DNA of 64,000 nt from Fidelibacterota bacterium (GCA_045560295.1 JBJKZL010000004.1:1868-65867); one strand, 5' to 3'. Counted from the first letter of the stretch, positions 20,739 to 31,463 are shown. Translations and numbers: made by a program. Notes: generated from the letters alone by a model not told the origin.

Positions 20739-21626
20739 TTGAAACATTCGCATAAAATCAAAATTGCTTTAAGTGCTTTACCAAAAAAAGATTGGTGGGG
20801 TTCTGGTATTGTTGCCTACCAAGATAATGATATGATGGTAGATGGTGCAACACCTAAACAGACTATATTAGAGAATGAATATCATCAACTAGTAGATATG
20901 ATTAAATCTGTTGGTTTAGAAACTACTATCGTTCCATTTTCAGATGTATTAGAAAAAGAAGAAAAATTTGACTTTATTTTTATGAGAGATCATTTTTTAT
21001 GCAATACGGATAAGAAAATAGTTATGTGTAATATGCGTCTTGAGGAGCGTCTAAATGAAGGAAACTTTGTAGTCGAAACAATTGAAAAATCTGGATATAT
21101 CGTTAACTATTTACCAAATCAAGACTGTTTAGCAGAAGGTGGAGAATTTTTTTACTTACCTAAAGAAAATATTTTATTAGCTGGTTTATGTCGCAATAAC
21201 CTTAAGGGCGCTGAATCCATGGCAGAATTAATGGGAGTCGATCAGTTACATATCATTGAATCGAGTGGATACCATCTTGATACAGCTATTTGTCCTATTT
21301 TCAATAATGAATATGATTGTATTGGTATTAATTGTGCTAAAGAAGTGTTTAACAATAAAAACTATAACGTTTTAAGTCATCTATCTAAAACATATAATTG
21401 GGAGTTATTAGATATTGAAAATCAAGATAGAAAACAATCTTTAGTTGCAAGGTCTGCTATGAATTGTTTGACTTTACCAGCCTTATTAATAGGTACAAGC
21501 CCAATTAATAATAAAAAAGTTATAGATTTTGCGAATCAGCATGATATTCAAATGCATGTTTCTAATGTATCTCAGTTTAACTTGAGCGGAGGTTCCGTAC
21601 ACTGCCTAACTAATGAACTATTTTAG
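20739..21626 (+). CDS. Amidinotransferase/dimethylargininase (pentein) family protein
   Basis: FMRD, EGGE, YHLDT and C-terminal GGSVHCLT catalytic motifs. Confidence 0.85.
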   Translation: MKHSHKIKIALSALPKKDWWGSGIVAYQDNDMMVDGATPKQTILENEYHQLVDMIKSVGLETTIVPFSDVLEKEEKFDFIFMRDHFLCNTDKKIVMCNMRLEERLNEGNFVVETIEKSGYIVNYLPNQDCLAEGGEFFYLPKENILLAGLCRNNLKGAESMAELMGVDQLHIIESSGYHLDTAICPIFNNEYDCIGINCAKEVFNNKNYNVLSHLSKTYNWELLDIENQDRKQSLVARSAMNCLTLPALLIGTSPINNKKVIDFANQHDIQMHVSNVSQFNLSGGSVHCLTNELF

Positions 21627-21630
21627 CTAT

Positions 21631-22227
21631 TTAAGACGGAAAATCATCATCTAATGATTCCCATAGGTATAGTGTAGCAATGCTTTGATATGGGTGCCAT
21701 TTCTTAGCTATCGATTCTATATCATCCATGTTATCTACACCATATAAACTCTTAATAACATTAATGACCGCAAGATCTCCTTTAGGGAAAATGTTCAAGT
21801 CATGTTTTGAAAAAATCAAAAACATATCAATTGTCCAAGGTCCAATACCTTTTAAAGAGATGAGTAAATTTCTAATTTCTTTACTGTCGTTTATTAAAGA
21901 CAATTTTTTGATCATTTCTAAATTATTTTTATCAAATAAGTTTTCTATATAAGATTTTTTTTGATGGGACAACCCTATTTTTTTCCAATCCTGCTCTTCC
22001 CATTTAAATTCACTATTAGGTTTATTAAAACTATGAAACTCTAAGAATCTATTATATATAGTATTACCTGCTTTAGTTGAAATTTGTTGAAAAATAATAT
22101 ACTTAATAAGGTCATGTAAAAAATTATCTGATTTTCTAAAGGTTGGTATAGGGTAACTAGAAATCAATTGTTTTAGTATAGGGTCATTAGCTGACAGAGT
22201 GTCTAGGTATTCCGCTTTGATAACCAT
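21631..22227 (-). CDS. alkA: DNA-3-methyladenine glycosylase II (AlkA-like, HhH-GPD)
   Basis: IIFQQIS, LKGIGPWTIDMFLIF, FPKGDL, WHPYQS. Confidence 0.85.
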   Translation of the reverse strand: MVIKAEYLDTLSANDPILKQLISSYPIPTFRKSDNFLHDLIKYIIFQQISTKAGNTIYNRFLEFHSFNKPNSEFKWEEQDWKKIGLSHQKKSYIENLFDKNNLEMIKKLSLINDSKEIRNLLISLKGIGPWTIDMFLIFSKHDLNIFPKGDLAVINVIKSLYGVDNMDDIESIAKKWHPYQSIATLYLWESLDDDFPS

Positions 22228-22232
22228 GTGTA

Positions 22233-23213
22233 TTATTTATCTTTAAAAAATTCCCAAATCAATCGTGAAGTATCTAAGTCATGACCCCAATCCTTCTTGA
22301 ACCATGTATGACCTTCATCCTGCATAGTATATAGAACTACCTCTCGACTTCCATCGCAACCATATGAAATAAGCTGAGTAGAGTAAATTCCATCTCCGTT
22401 GAAATCTGGAACTGTGACTTCGGACTGATTTTGACAATTATTGTAGTTTGCCCAGAATGAATGTGCATTCTCTACATTATAACTCCAAGAATTTCCGCTG
22501 TAAGGTACTACGGTATCAGATGTTCCGTGAAAATGAATGATACTTTTTTGATTTGGTGGTACGCAGTTATAGTATACTGGCATTGAGCCTGTAACAGAAC
22601 CAATACTATTAATTTCATCTAATTCACATGCCAATCTATAACTCATAAATCCACCCAAAGACATCCCAGTTGAAAAAATCTTAGTATCAGCAATATTATA
22701 ATTCTCCTTAAAATACTCAATTAGTGCGGAAAAGAATCCTACATCATCCACTTCATTAAAAGTGGAGACAACATTCACATTCCAGCCAGTAGTATTAGTA
22801 ACATCAGTTACTCCCTGCACATAAACTACAATAAAATTTTCTTCGTCTGAAATACTATCAAATCCGGAATAATTTCTTATAGAAGGTGCTTGACCTGTAT
22901 ATCCATGTAGTACAAATAGTAATGGAATTGGGCCATCATTTGTATCATAATTAGCTGGAGTATGAACAATAAAGCTTCGAGTATAATTTCCAAAAACTGT
23001 AGAGAAGGATGCTGTATCATCATTATAGTTAGAAATTAATTCTACATTGAGATTCGCTGTAGAATCTCCATTGTTTCCTCCATTATTACCATTATTACCA
23101 CCGTTACCAGTATTAGGGTTTATCACTCCACTAGAAGATATTATCTTAGAACCTGCATCCGATCCGCATCCAACTATTAATAATAAAAATAGAATTTTAG
23201 TTATGTTTTTCAT
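22233..23213 (-). CDS. Lipoprotein esterase, PHB-depolymerase/LpqC-like alpha/beta hydrolase
   Basis: Lipobox LIVGC, LHG, DDVGF, GMSLGG nucleophile elbow, HGTSD, GHTW. Confidence 0.82.
   Translation of the reverse strand: MKNITKILFLLLIVGCGSDAGSKIISSSGVINPNTGNGGNNGNNGGNNGDSTANLNVELISNYNDDTASFSTVFGNYTRSFIVHTPANYDTNDGPIPLLFVLHGYTGQAPSIRNYSGFDSISDEENFIVVYVQGVTDVTNTTGWNVNVVSTFNEVDDVGFFSALIEYFKENYNIADTKIFSTGMSLGGFMSYRLACELDEINSIGSVTGSMPVYYNCVPPNQKSIIHFHGTSDTVVPYSGNSWSYNVENAHSFWANYNNCQNQSEVTVPDFNGDGIYSTQLISYGCDGSREVVLYTMQDEGHTWFKKDWGHDLDTSRLIWEFFKDK
23068..23108 (-). repeat. Low-complexity coding repeat (Gly/Asn linker GNGGNNGNNGGNNG)
   Basis: Tandem ccattatta-like units visible at 23080-23100. 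Confidence 0.7.
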
Positions 23214-23805
23214 TTTCTCTTATTTCTTTAAGTATAAATGTAATTGAAGATTTCAACTGATCTAATGAACCACTATTTTCAATAATATAATCTGCATACT
23301 CTTTCTTTTGATCATCCTCCCACTGCAAACTCATACGTTCTTTAATTGATTCTTCTGATAAGTTTCCCCTAGATAAAGCGCGTTCAATACGTATAGATTC
23401 AGGACTGGTTAATAAGATAATATAAGCACCGGACTCATGATAGTACTTAAATGAACCTCCCTCAATAATCAGTGCAGCATCAACAATAAATAAACTATAT
23501 ATCTTTTCATTAGCAATTTTTTCTATTCTATTTAGAAGCTCATTATTTACAGCAGGATGTAATATAGAATTTAATTTTTTTTGGTTATCTTTATTTTTAA
23601 ATACCACCTTGCTCATAGATGAGGGTTCAGTACTTTGCAATTCAGGAAAAGTTTTAAGAACTTTATCTGATATTTCTTTTTTCAATAAAAGATGTTTAGC
23701 CTCTTTATCCGCATCAAAAACATATGCATTGTGATCATGTTGAAATATATGAGACGCAGTGCTTTTACCAGAAGCTATCCCTCCAGTTATTCCTATAACA
23801 ATCAT
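23197..23805 (-). CDS. coaE: Dephospho-CoA kinase
   Basis: IGITGGIASGKS, DAD, LNSILHP, ADYIIEN. Confidence 0.93.
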   Translation of the reverse strand: MIVIGITGGIASGKSTASHIFQHDHNAYVFDADKEAKHLLLKKEISDKVLKTFPELQSTEPSSMSKVVFKNKDNQKKLNSILHPAVNNELLNRIEKIANEKIYSLFIVDAALIIEGGSFKYYHESGAYIILLTSPESIRIERALSRGNLSEESIKERMSLQWEDDQKKEYADYIIENSGSLDQLKSSITFILKEIRENEKHN

Positions 23806-23807
23806 TA

Positions 23808-24359
23808 TTAGATATACTCTAATATACGCTGTGTGACTTGATCGATAGTCCCATCACCGTCAATCTGAATGATTTCATTTTTATAAAAATTGATTAATGG
23901 TGCTGTTAATTCTGTATACACTTTTTGACGTTTAATAATTACTTCTTCAGTATCGTCTTTACGACCAGAATTTTGAGCTCTTTCAATTAATCTTTTAATT
24001 AATTTTGATTCTTCGACATGAATATTCAGTACATGGTTTATTTTTGAATTCAGCTTTTCAAAAATATCATTTAATCCCTTTGCTTGCGGAATTGTTCTTG
24101 GAAAGCCATCTAAAATAATACCTGAATTTTGAAGCTCTGTTAATGTACTTTCCATCATAGATAATAAAACATTGTCTGGAACCAAATTACCAGCATCCAT
24201 ATAAGATTGTGCTTCTTGACCTGTATCAGTCTTCTTACTTATTTCACCTCTCAGTATATCTCCTGTTGATAAATGTATAAGACTATACTTTTCTGCAAGT
24301 ATTTTAGCCTGGGTACCTTTTCCTGCACCTGGTGGACCCATTATTAAAAGCTTCTTCAT
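23808..24359 (-). CDS. adk: Adenylate kinase, short-LID form
   Basis: GPPGAGKGTQA, STGDILR, LDGFPRT, GRKDD. Confidence 0.96.
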   Translation of the reverse strand: MKKLLIMGPPGAGKGTQAKILAEKYSLIHLSTGDILRGEISKKTDTGQEAQSYMDAGNLVPDNVLLSMMESTLTELQNSGIILDGFPRTIPQAKGLNDIFEKLNSKINHVLNIHVEESKLIKRLIERAQNSGRKDDTEEVIIKRQKVYTELTAPLINFYKNEIIQIDGDGTIDQVTQRILEYI

Positions 24360-24869
24360 TTATTGCATTGCTTTTGGGGGTTCAAAGATTGCTTGCATAA
24401 GAATTCCTAGCTTGGTAGGGTTATTACTATATTTTTTTTGAACCTTTACTAGTGTATTGTTATGGCTTTTGCTTTCTGATAATATTTCATTGTGATTCAA
24501 ACGCGATTTTATCATATCCAAATGTTGATCTTTAATTTTATGATTGTCCAAATGGCGATCATCAATAGCACTTAAATCATGTTTATTGTCAAGATGTTTT
24601 TCAAAGGTATTTTTGATACTTCGGTCTTCTCTTTTAGATGGTATATCTTCAATAGTTTGTGCCGGAAAAACATTGGACTGCTCTTCAAAAGCTTCATTCA
24701 AAAAATCTAAGATATTTATTTTAGGATTATTTGGTATTTCTGGCTTGTCTAGCTCTTTTTTCAAAGGAACTTGTTGGGGCTTGATTTTCTGAGCCTTTTT
24801 TTGGTTACTTCTATATGCAGACCAAAGATAAAAGCCTAATATCGCCCCCCAATACAGTAATTCTTCCAA
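24360..24869 (-). CDS. Hypothetical membrane-anchored protein (YqfB-like position after floA)
   Basis: Single N-terminal TM, C-terminal GILMQAIFEPPKA, third gene after nfeD-floA. Confidence 0.6.
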   Translation of the reverse strand: MEELLYWGAILGFYLWSAYRSNQKKAQKIKPQQVPLKKELDKPEIPNNPKINILDFLNEAFEEQSNVFPAQTIEDIPSKREDRSIKNTFEKHLDNKHDLSAIDDRHLDNHKIKDQHLDMIKSRLNHNEILSESKSHNNTLVKVQKKYSNNPTKLGILMQAIFEPPKAMQ

Positions 24870-24871
24870 AC

Positions 24872-25840
24872 TTATTCCTCAGTATCGTCTTTTGCTTCTT
24901 CTCCTGTTCCAGCAATTGATTGTCTCATGCTAGTATCAGAAGCAATATTGTCGAGTTTATAGTAGTCAAGAACACCTAAATTACCCTCTCTAAATGCATG
25001 TGCCATAGCTTTAGGTACTTCAGATTCCGCTTCTACCACTTTAGCTTTCATTTCTTGCTCAAGGGCTACTGCCATTGCTCTTCTAGTTTCAGCTTTAGCT
25101 TGTGCTACCCTTAAGTCTGCCTCTGCTTGGTCAGCTTGAAGTTGTGCTCCAATATTTTTACCTACATCAATATCGGCAATATCAATTGATAAAATTTCGA
25201 ATGCTGTACCTTGATTTAAGCCTTTATCTAGTACATTTCTTGATATTGAGTCTGGATTTTCTAGCACCGCTTCGTATGATTCCTTTGAACCAATTGCACT
25301 TACAATCCCTTCTCCAACTCTTGCAATAATAGTATCTTCTGTTGCTCCTCCAACGAGGTTAGGGATATCAGTCCTAACAGTAACTCTAGCTCTTGCTCTT
25401 ACTTCAATACCGTCTTTTGAAACAGCAGATAATTTTCCGTCAACCGGCGCATCAATAACTTTTGGATATACACTTGTTTGTACGGCAGATAATACATCAC
25501 GTCCAGCTAGATCAATTGCAGTTGCAATTTCAAAAGTTAATTCAATACCAGCTTTTGATGCCGCAATCAATGCGTCAACAACCTTATCTACATCTCCACC
25601 GGCCATATAATGTACTTCTAGGTCATCACTTTTTAAAACAATGCCTGCTTTACGGGATGCAATTAATCCGTTCACAATAATCCCTGGAGGGACTCTTCTG
25701 AATCGCATTCCAATTAAATTAAAAATAGTAACATGGCCACCTCCAATACTGAATATAGCTTGTAGCCATAGTCCTACAGGTACGACCCATAATAATAATA
25801 AAATAAATAATACTAATGGTAAGGCAACATAAAGTCCCAT
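24872..25840 (-). CDS. floA: Flotillin-like protein FloA (YqfA)
   Basis: [41 protein letters not shown]. Strong SD AAGGAGG. Confidence 0.95.
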   Translation of the reverse strand: MGLYVALPLVLFILLLLWVVPVGLWLQAIFSIGGGHVTIFNLIGMRFRRVPPGIIVNGLIASRKAGIVLKSDDLEVHYMAGGDVDKVVDALIAASKAGIELTFEIATAIDLAGRDVLSAVQTSVYPKVIDAPVDGKLSAVSKDGIEVRARARVTVRTDIPNLVGGATEDTIIARVGEGIVSAIGSKESYEAVLENPDSISRNVLDKGLNQGTAFEILSIDIADIDVGKNIGAQLQADQAEADLRVAQAKAETRRAMAVALEQEMKAKVVEAESEVPKAMAHAFREGNLGVLDYYKLDNIASDTSMRQSIAGTGEEAKDDTEE

Positions 25841-25898
25841 TACTCCTCCTTTTTGTTATAAAATCTTACATAATTTATTCATAAAAACTCATATAATA

Positions 25899-27101
25899 CT
25901 ACACCTTCCCTCTCTTTTTGTAATTCTTTTTCAGGTTGGATACATTTGAGTCCGTAGTAATAAATTTTTCTAAAAATTTTGACTTTAATAATAAATTGAT
26001 AACCATCATTAGCGCTATAATACCCCCAACAATTCCCCAAGAAAAACCATCTAATGCTTGTGAATATATTTCATCACTGACAGGAATATCGGGAATTAAT
26101 AATAAATAAAGTCCATAGAATAGTACACCAATACCAGTAATCCCAAAAAATCCAAATCCTGGAATTGCTACAAATTCTACTGCTAGTAGTAATAAACCGC
26201 TGAAAATAATTAATAGGTCCATAGAAGAGGCTAGCTGTGTTAAGTAACTTGCTCCCAATGCAAGGGTAAGACATACAATACCAATTGTTCCTCCAATACC
26301 CCAACCTGCACTATATAGTTCAGATATAATTCCTATAGTACCAAATGTTGTCAATAAGGAAGAAATGGTAGGATCTGTTAAAAAGCGCACTAGGTCTTCT
26401 GACCAATTCTCACTTAGAGTGATAATATTATAATTTTCTATTCCAAGATTAGAAAGGAGTTCTTCTACTGTTTCGCTCTTTCCATCAGCAATATTATACT
26501 TCAATGCTAATTCTGTAGTTAAAGTTATGAGCTTTCCTTCTTTTCTGCCTTCAATATCGTCCACTTTTAGTGAGTCGCCATTGATTACCAAAAACTCAAA
26601 GCTTAGCTCTTCATCAACCATTCCTCTGGCAATATCCGTATTTTTACCTGATTTTTCAGCAGTTGCAGCCATTTCTTCTCTCATATAACTTTGAGACTTT
26701 TCAGATTGTTTTGAACCTGACATATCAACAACACTTGTTGCACCAATTGTTCCACCGTCCGTCATATAGATTTGATCGCAGGATAGAGATATTAACGAGC
26801 CTGCTGAAATTGCTCTACGATTAATAAAAGCTATCGTTGTAATATCTGTTGCTGAAATAGCATCTTTAATTTGTGTAGCAGCATCAACTCTTCCTCCAAA
26901 TGTATCAATATCAAAAATAATTAATTCACTATTATCAGATTCTGCCATATCAATTGCACGCTTTACAAAGCTTGGAATACCTAAATCAATTGTATCCTGT
27001 ATAGGGACTACATAAATATTCTTTTCGGTTTCTTCCGCTATACTACTCCCCAAAGTGAGGAATAAAATAAATAGCCATATGTGTTTAAATTTTGTTTTCA
27101 T
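25899..27101 (-). CDS. nfeD: NfeD-family membrane serine protease (YqeZ-like), lacking the C-terminal OB-fold
   Basis: IDTFGGRVDAA, AISAGSLI, ARGMVD, LITLT, then a multi-TM region. Directly upstream of floA. Confidence 0.85.
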   Translation of the reverse strand: MKTKFKHIWLFILFLTLGSSIAEETEKNIYVVPIQDTIDLGIPSFVKRAIDMAESDNSELIIFDIDTFGGRVDAATQIKDAISATDITTIAFINRRAISAGSLISLSCDQIYMTDGGTIGATSVVDMSGSKQSEKSQSYMREEMAATAEKSGKNTDIARGMVDEELSFEFLVINGDSLKVDDIEGRKEGKLITLTTELALKYNIADGKSETVEELLSNLGIENYNIITLSENWSEDLVRFLTDPTISSLLTTFGTIGIISELYSAGWGIGGTIGIVCLTLALGASYLTQLASSMDLLIIFSGLLLLAVEFVAIPGFGFFGITGIGVLFYGLYLLLIPDIPVSDEIYSQALDGFSWGIVGGIIALMMVINLLLKSKFLEKFITTDSNVSNLKKNYKKRGKV

Positions 27102-27129
27102 TGCTAATACAAAGATTTACATTTAATGA

Positions 27130-27963
27130 ATGTATATGTTTTTGAAAATGTTTTCATTCTTCCTAAGAACTGTTCCAACATTCTTAAACAAATTTACTTA
27201 TAAATGTTTTTATAATCTACTATTCCATTTACTAAAAATGAGACGTCAAGTGGTATTAAAGAATTTGAAAAGGGCATTCCCTCATAAAAATCAAGATTGG
27301 TACAATAAAATTTCTTCTCAATGCTATAAATTTTATACCAAAGATTTCTTAGAATTTTTATCGTTTCCAAGATATTTCAATCATGATAAAATAAAATTCA
27401 AAAATATTGAGATATTAGATGATGCACTGAAAAATAATAAAGGTGTTCTTTTTGTAAGTGGGCACTTTGGAGCCTTTGATAAACTATTTTATTCTTTGGC
27501 AACTAGAGGATATGCTTTATGCGGTGTAGCCTATAAACAAAAAGATGGTGTTGCAGATAAGTTTTTTAAAAGAATTAGAGAAAATTATATGAAAAAACAG
27601 CTTTATAAAGGTGGATCAAGCAAAGAGTTAAAAGTAGCGTTAAATAATAATGAAATACTTGTTTTATTAAGCGATCAAGATGCTAGAGAGAAAGGCAAGA
27701 AAGTTAATTTCTTTGATATTCCTTCATCGACACCGTCCGGAGCTGCAATTCTACATAAACGTATGGGTTCACCTATTATATTTTTTGCTATTACGAAAAT
27801 TAATGATGAATATTTTGTAGAATTCAAAGAAATAAATGCTTCTAATACATTAAGTATTGATGAAATTGTACAAGAATATACATCCTGTCTAGAAGCGGCA
27901 GTTACACAAAGACCAGAACAATATTTCTGGTTTCATAAAAGATGGAAAACGACCTTTCAATAA
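27130..27963 (+). CDS. Lipid A late acyltransferase (LpxL/HtrB family)
   Basis: SGHFGAFD, LSDQD, PEQYFWFHKRWK. Confidence 0.88.
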   Translation: MYMFLKMFSFFLRTVPTFLNKFTYKCFYNLLFHLLKMRRQVVLKNLKRAFPHKNQDWYNKISSQCYKFYTKDFLEFLSFPRYFNHDKIKFKNIEILDDALKNNKGVLFVSGHFGAFDKLFYSLATRGYALCGVAYKQKDGVADKFFKRIRENYMKKQLYKGGSSKELKVALNNNEILVLLSDQDAREKGKKVNFFDIPSSTPSGAAILHKRMGSPIIFFAITKINDEYFVEFKEINASNTLSIDEIVQEYTSCLEAAVTQRPEQYFWFHKRWKTTFQ

Positions 27964-27965
27964 CT

Positions 27966-28532
27966 ATGAAAAGAATATCAATAAATCACCCCGACGCTAC
28001 AAATGCAACATTGACAGCATTGCGTGAGAATCAGATAATTGCATACCCAACAGATACAATTTATGGTATGGGTACAGACATAGATAATGATGCAGGTATC
28101 AATAGAATTAATACTTTAAAGGGTCGTAAAACTCCAATGAGTATTTTAGTCCATAGCTTTGATAGTGTTTCCAGTAAATTAAGTCTTGATAATAAATTAA
28201 AAAGTCAAATGGGTACTATAATTAATAATGGGGACACTTGTATAGTAGATCATAAGAAAAATGCCTTTAATTCGCTAATTACTCAAAATAATAAGGTTGG
28301 ATTCCGTGTACCAAATTATCCTTTCTTAATCAATTTGTTAAAGCAGTATACAAAGCCCATTACTACTACAAGCATTAATGTTACTGGATCTAAGCCTTTA
28401 AATGATCCCGATCAAATAGAAGAAGTTTTTAGTAAGGATATTGATTTTTTATTAGATGCTGGAATGATTAATAATCAATCTGCGTCAAAAATTTATATGT
28501 TTGAACAAAATAATATTACTCAAATTCGATAG
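27966..28532 (+). CDS. tsaC: L-threonylcarbamoyladenylate synthase (YrdC/TsaC)
   Basis: YPTDTIYG, KGR, GFRVP, TTSIN. Confidence 0.88.
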   Translation: MKRISINHPDATNATLTALRENQIIAYPTDTIYGMGTDIDNDAGINRINTLKGRKTPMSILVHSFDSVSSKLSLDNKLKSQMGTIINNGDTCIVDHKKNAFNSLITQNNKVGFRVPNYPFLINLLKQYTKPITTTSINVTGSKPLNDPDQIEEVFSKDIDFLLDAGMINNQSASKIYMFEQNNITQIR

Positions 28533-28534
28533 CT

Positions 28535-29281
28535 ATGTACAAAATTCTTCCTATTCTTTTTATATCATTTTTACTTGGGCAAATACCGTCTTCAAAAGAA
28601 CCGTCCTTCATTCCTGGAGAGGAATATAAGTATGATCTGTTTGTTGATCTAATCAAGGTTGGTCCAGACTTAGTAAAATTAGGATCGGCTACGCTAAGCA
28701 CAAAAAAAATAGAAATCATTAATGGGAAAAAAGCTTATCATCTAAATTTTTCTGTTAAAACTTCAAAAATAGGTGACGCTTTATTTAAAATTAGAGATAC
28801 CATAGATGTTTGGGTAAACACTGAATCTCTAGAACTAATCCAACAAACTAAGAAATTGCGTGAAGGATCTCGAAAAAGTAAATCTTTTACTACAATCAAG
28901 GGCAATGTAGCAACCACAAATGATAAAGAGTACTTAGTACCAGAAAATATCTTTGATCCATATGCATTGATTATGATTTTAAAAAATGAAAATATACAAG
29001 AGAACCAATCAAAAAAGTTTACTATTCTGGACGGTGGAAAGGTTAGAGAAATTGAAATCCAAAATATTGGTATGAAGACAGTACGTACTCCTGCTGGTAA
29101 ATTTAATGCTTATACATATAAACCTCTTCATAATGGAAAGTCTGCATTAAAAAATAAAGGTGATATGCAGATATCATATGGTATTATTAATAATAGAACT
29201 GTACCTGTTAAAATCTCGTTGAAGCTCAGTAAAGGTGTAATTGTATTAAAGTTAAAAAAGTCTAGCAATATCATTAATTAA
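28535..29281 (+). CDS. DUF3108-like exported protein
   Basis: Signal peptide, FIPGEEYKY, VRTPAGKFNA. Confidence 0.72.
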   Translation: MYKILPILFISFLLGQIPSSKEPSFIPGEEYKYDLFVDLIKVGPDLVKLGSATLSTKKIEIINGKKAYHLNFSVKTSKIGDALFKIRDTIDVWVNTESLELIQQTKKLREGSRKSKSFTTIKGNVATTNDKEYLVPENIFDPYALIMILKNENIQENQSKKFTILDGGKVREIEIQNIGMKTVRTPAGKFNAYTYKPLHNGKSALKNKGDMQISYGIINNRTVPVKISLKLSKGVIVLKLKKSSNIIN

Positions 29282-30322
29282 TAAAAATGCCATTAATGAT
29301 AATAATATGAACATTCCAACTGATTGAATACGCATTCTTGCCTTAACTGATAATTTTCTTCCCATTAATACTTCAATTAAGATTACTGCAATGTGACCGC
29401 CATCAAGTCCTGGAATTGGTAGCATATTAATAAATGCTAAATTTACACTTATCAAAGCCATAAGTAACAAAAATTGGCTTAATCCTGCTTGAGCTGCTTC
29501 TCCAGCCATTTGTCCAATCATAATAACACTACCTACCTCGTCTTTAGATACATTACCTTGAAAAATCATTTTTAAAGAGGAGCTCATTAATACCATAGAC
29601 CAAGCTGTGCGCCTATATCCATACTGAAAAGATTCAATAATATTAAGTTCTTTTGTACTCATATCTTTTGCAACACCAATTAAACCGATTGTTTGGTCCA
29701 CTCTGCCCTCTTTAAAGTTAGGGCCTGATGAAAGTGTGATATTATTATTATATAATTCACCTTCTCTTAAAACGGTGATAGGGATTTCTTGATTGGGGTT
29801 TTTTTCTACTATATCTACTGCAGCTTCCCAACTTGATACTTTAATGCTATTTATTGAAATAATTTTATCTCCAACTAATAAATTAGCATTCTCTGCCGGA
29901 CCACCCGGAGAAACAAAATCTATTACAGCATCTTGATCAACGGGTATTGCATCACCCTCTAAAGCACCAATAGCTGAAAAAACAAAAAAAGCTAAGATAA
30001 TATTCATGATTACTCCAGCAGTTAACACCCAAATCTTTTCTAACGCACTCTTTGACTCTAGCTCATCATCTGCACCTTTAATTTCAGTATCCATGTTTTC
30101 ATCAAGCATACCTTTTATCTTTACATATCCACCCAATGGAAGCGCTCCAATGACAAAGACAGTATTAATATTTTTTGGTTTGTATTTATAGATTGTTGGG
30201 GGCATTCCAATTGAAAACTGCTCGACTGTGACGCCTATACTTCTGGCAGCTAAATAATGTCCAAGCTCATGTACAAAGACAATGACACTTATAAGGATAA
30301 CGAATGCTATTATATATATCAT
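29252..30322 (-). CDS. rseP: RIP metalloprotease RseP
   Basis: HELGH, PLGGYV, PDZ domain, NMLPIPGLDGG. Confidence 0.95.
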   Translation of the reverse strand: MIYIIAFVILISVIVFVHELGHYLAARSIGVTVEQFSIGMPPTIYKYKPKNINTVFVIGALPLGGYVKIKGMLDENMDTEIKGADDELESKSALEKIWVLTAGVIMNIILAFFVFSAIGALEGDAIPVDQDAVIDFVSPGGPAENANLLVGDKIISINSIKVSSWEAAVDIVEKNPNQEIPITVLREGELYNNNITLSSGPNFKEGRVDQTIGLIGVAKDMSTKELNIIESFQYGYRRTAWSMVLMSSSLKMIFQGNVSKDEVGSVIMIGQMAGEAAQAGLSQFLLLMALISVNLAFINMLPIPGLDGGHIAVILIEVLMGRKLSVKARMRIQSVGMFILLSLMAFLLINDIARLF

Positions 30323-30326
30323 AAAA

Positions 30327-31463
30327 TTAGACTAAATATAGTTTTATTTGTTCATTTAATGTAAGTAAATCTTCTGCAGATGGGCTTGAATTATCTCCAA
30401 ATTCATTGACAGTTTTTTCCAGCAGGCTTGGTATGTCTGTAAAAAGTATTTTTTCATTTAAAAATTGATCTACAATCAAGTCATTTGCCATACTCATAAT
30501 CGGAATTCTATTACCTCCGCTAGTGACTAATTCTGTTAATAGCTCAAGCGCTGGATATCTTAAATAATCTGGTTTTAAAAATGTAAACTTACCAATCTCT
30601 GCGAAATTTAAACTACCATAATTACTCATAATTCTTTCAGGAAAAGATAGGGCATATTGTATAGGAATTTTCATATCAGGTATACCTAGATGTGCTTTAT
30701 AAGAGTCATCTACAAACTGCACCATTGAGTGTATTATAGATTCAGGATGAATCACAATTTCTATATCTTCTTTATTTTTATCAAATAACCACATGGCCTC
30801 TACAAGCTCCAGTCCTTTATTCATCATAGTGGACGAATCAATCGAAATCTTTCTTCCCATTTCCCAGTTTGGATGCTTTAATGCTTCTGATGGCTTGATA
30901 GTATGAAAGGTATTTATCTTTTTATTCAAGAATGGTCCTCCACTTCCTGTGAGGATAATGTTCTTAACAGAACTCTCTTGTTCTCCATGAAGGCATTGAA
31001 ATATTGCTGAATGCTCGCTATCTACTGGAATCAAATTAGATGAATTTTTTTTCACTATTGGCATAATAAGATGTCCGCCCAATACTAGTGACTCTTTATT
31101 ACTAAGCGCTAAATCAATATTATTATTTACGGTATTTAATGTAGATAACAACCCATCTGAGCCAACAATAGAATTAACCACTAAATCAATATCTTTGAAT
31201 TGTGACATGATAGCTGAAGAATTATTTCCGATAATTAATTCAATATTATTATTTTTACAAAAAATTTTTAAAGGATGATCTGACCTTATAGAATTAATAG
31301 CGATTTTTTGCGGCATAAATTTCTGTACTTGCTCAAATAACATATCAGCATTTTGATTACAAGAAAGGGATTCTACTTTAAACTGATCTTTATTCTGATT
31401 GATGACAGATAATGTTTGGGTACCAACAGACCCTGTTGAACCAAGTATAGAAATTCTTTTCAT
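30327..31463 (-). CDS. dxr: 1-deoxy-D-xylulose-5-phosphate reductoisomerase
   Basis: ILGSTGSVG, NKESLV, PVDSEHSAIFQ, HPNWEMG. Confidence 0.96.
   Translation of the reverse strand: MKRISILGSTGSVGTQTLSVINQNKDQFKVESLSCNQNADMLFEQVQKFMPQKIAINSIRSDHPLKIFCKNNNIELIIGNNSSAIMSQFKDIDLVVNSIVGSDGLLSTLNTVNNNIDLALSNKESLVLGGHLIMPIVKKNSSNLIPVDSEHSAIFQCLHGEQESSVKNIILTGSGGPFLNKKINTFHTIKPSEALKHPNWEMGRKISIDSSTMMNKGLELVEAMWLFDKNKEDIEIVIHPESIIHSMVQFVDDSYKAHLGIPDMKIPIQYALSFPERIMSNYGSLNFAEIGKFTFLKPDYLRYPALELLTELVTSGGNRIPIMSMANDLIVDQFLNEKILFTDIPSLLEKTVNEFGDNSSPSAEDLLTLNEQIKLYLV

Noticed and set aside
19947..21626. Methyltransferase plus divergent gene as a restriction-modification or defence system
   Set aside because: The neighbour is a pentein hydrolase, no nuclease is present and the methylase motif is degenerate.
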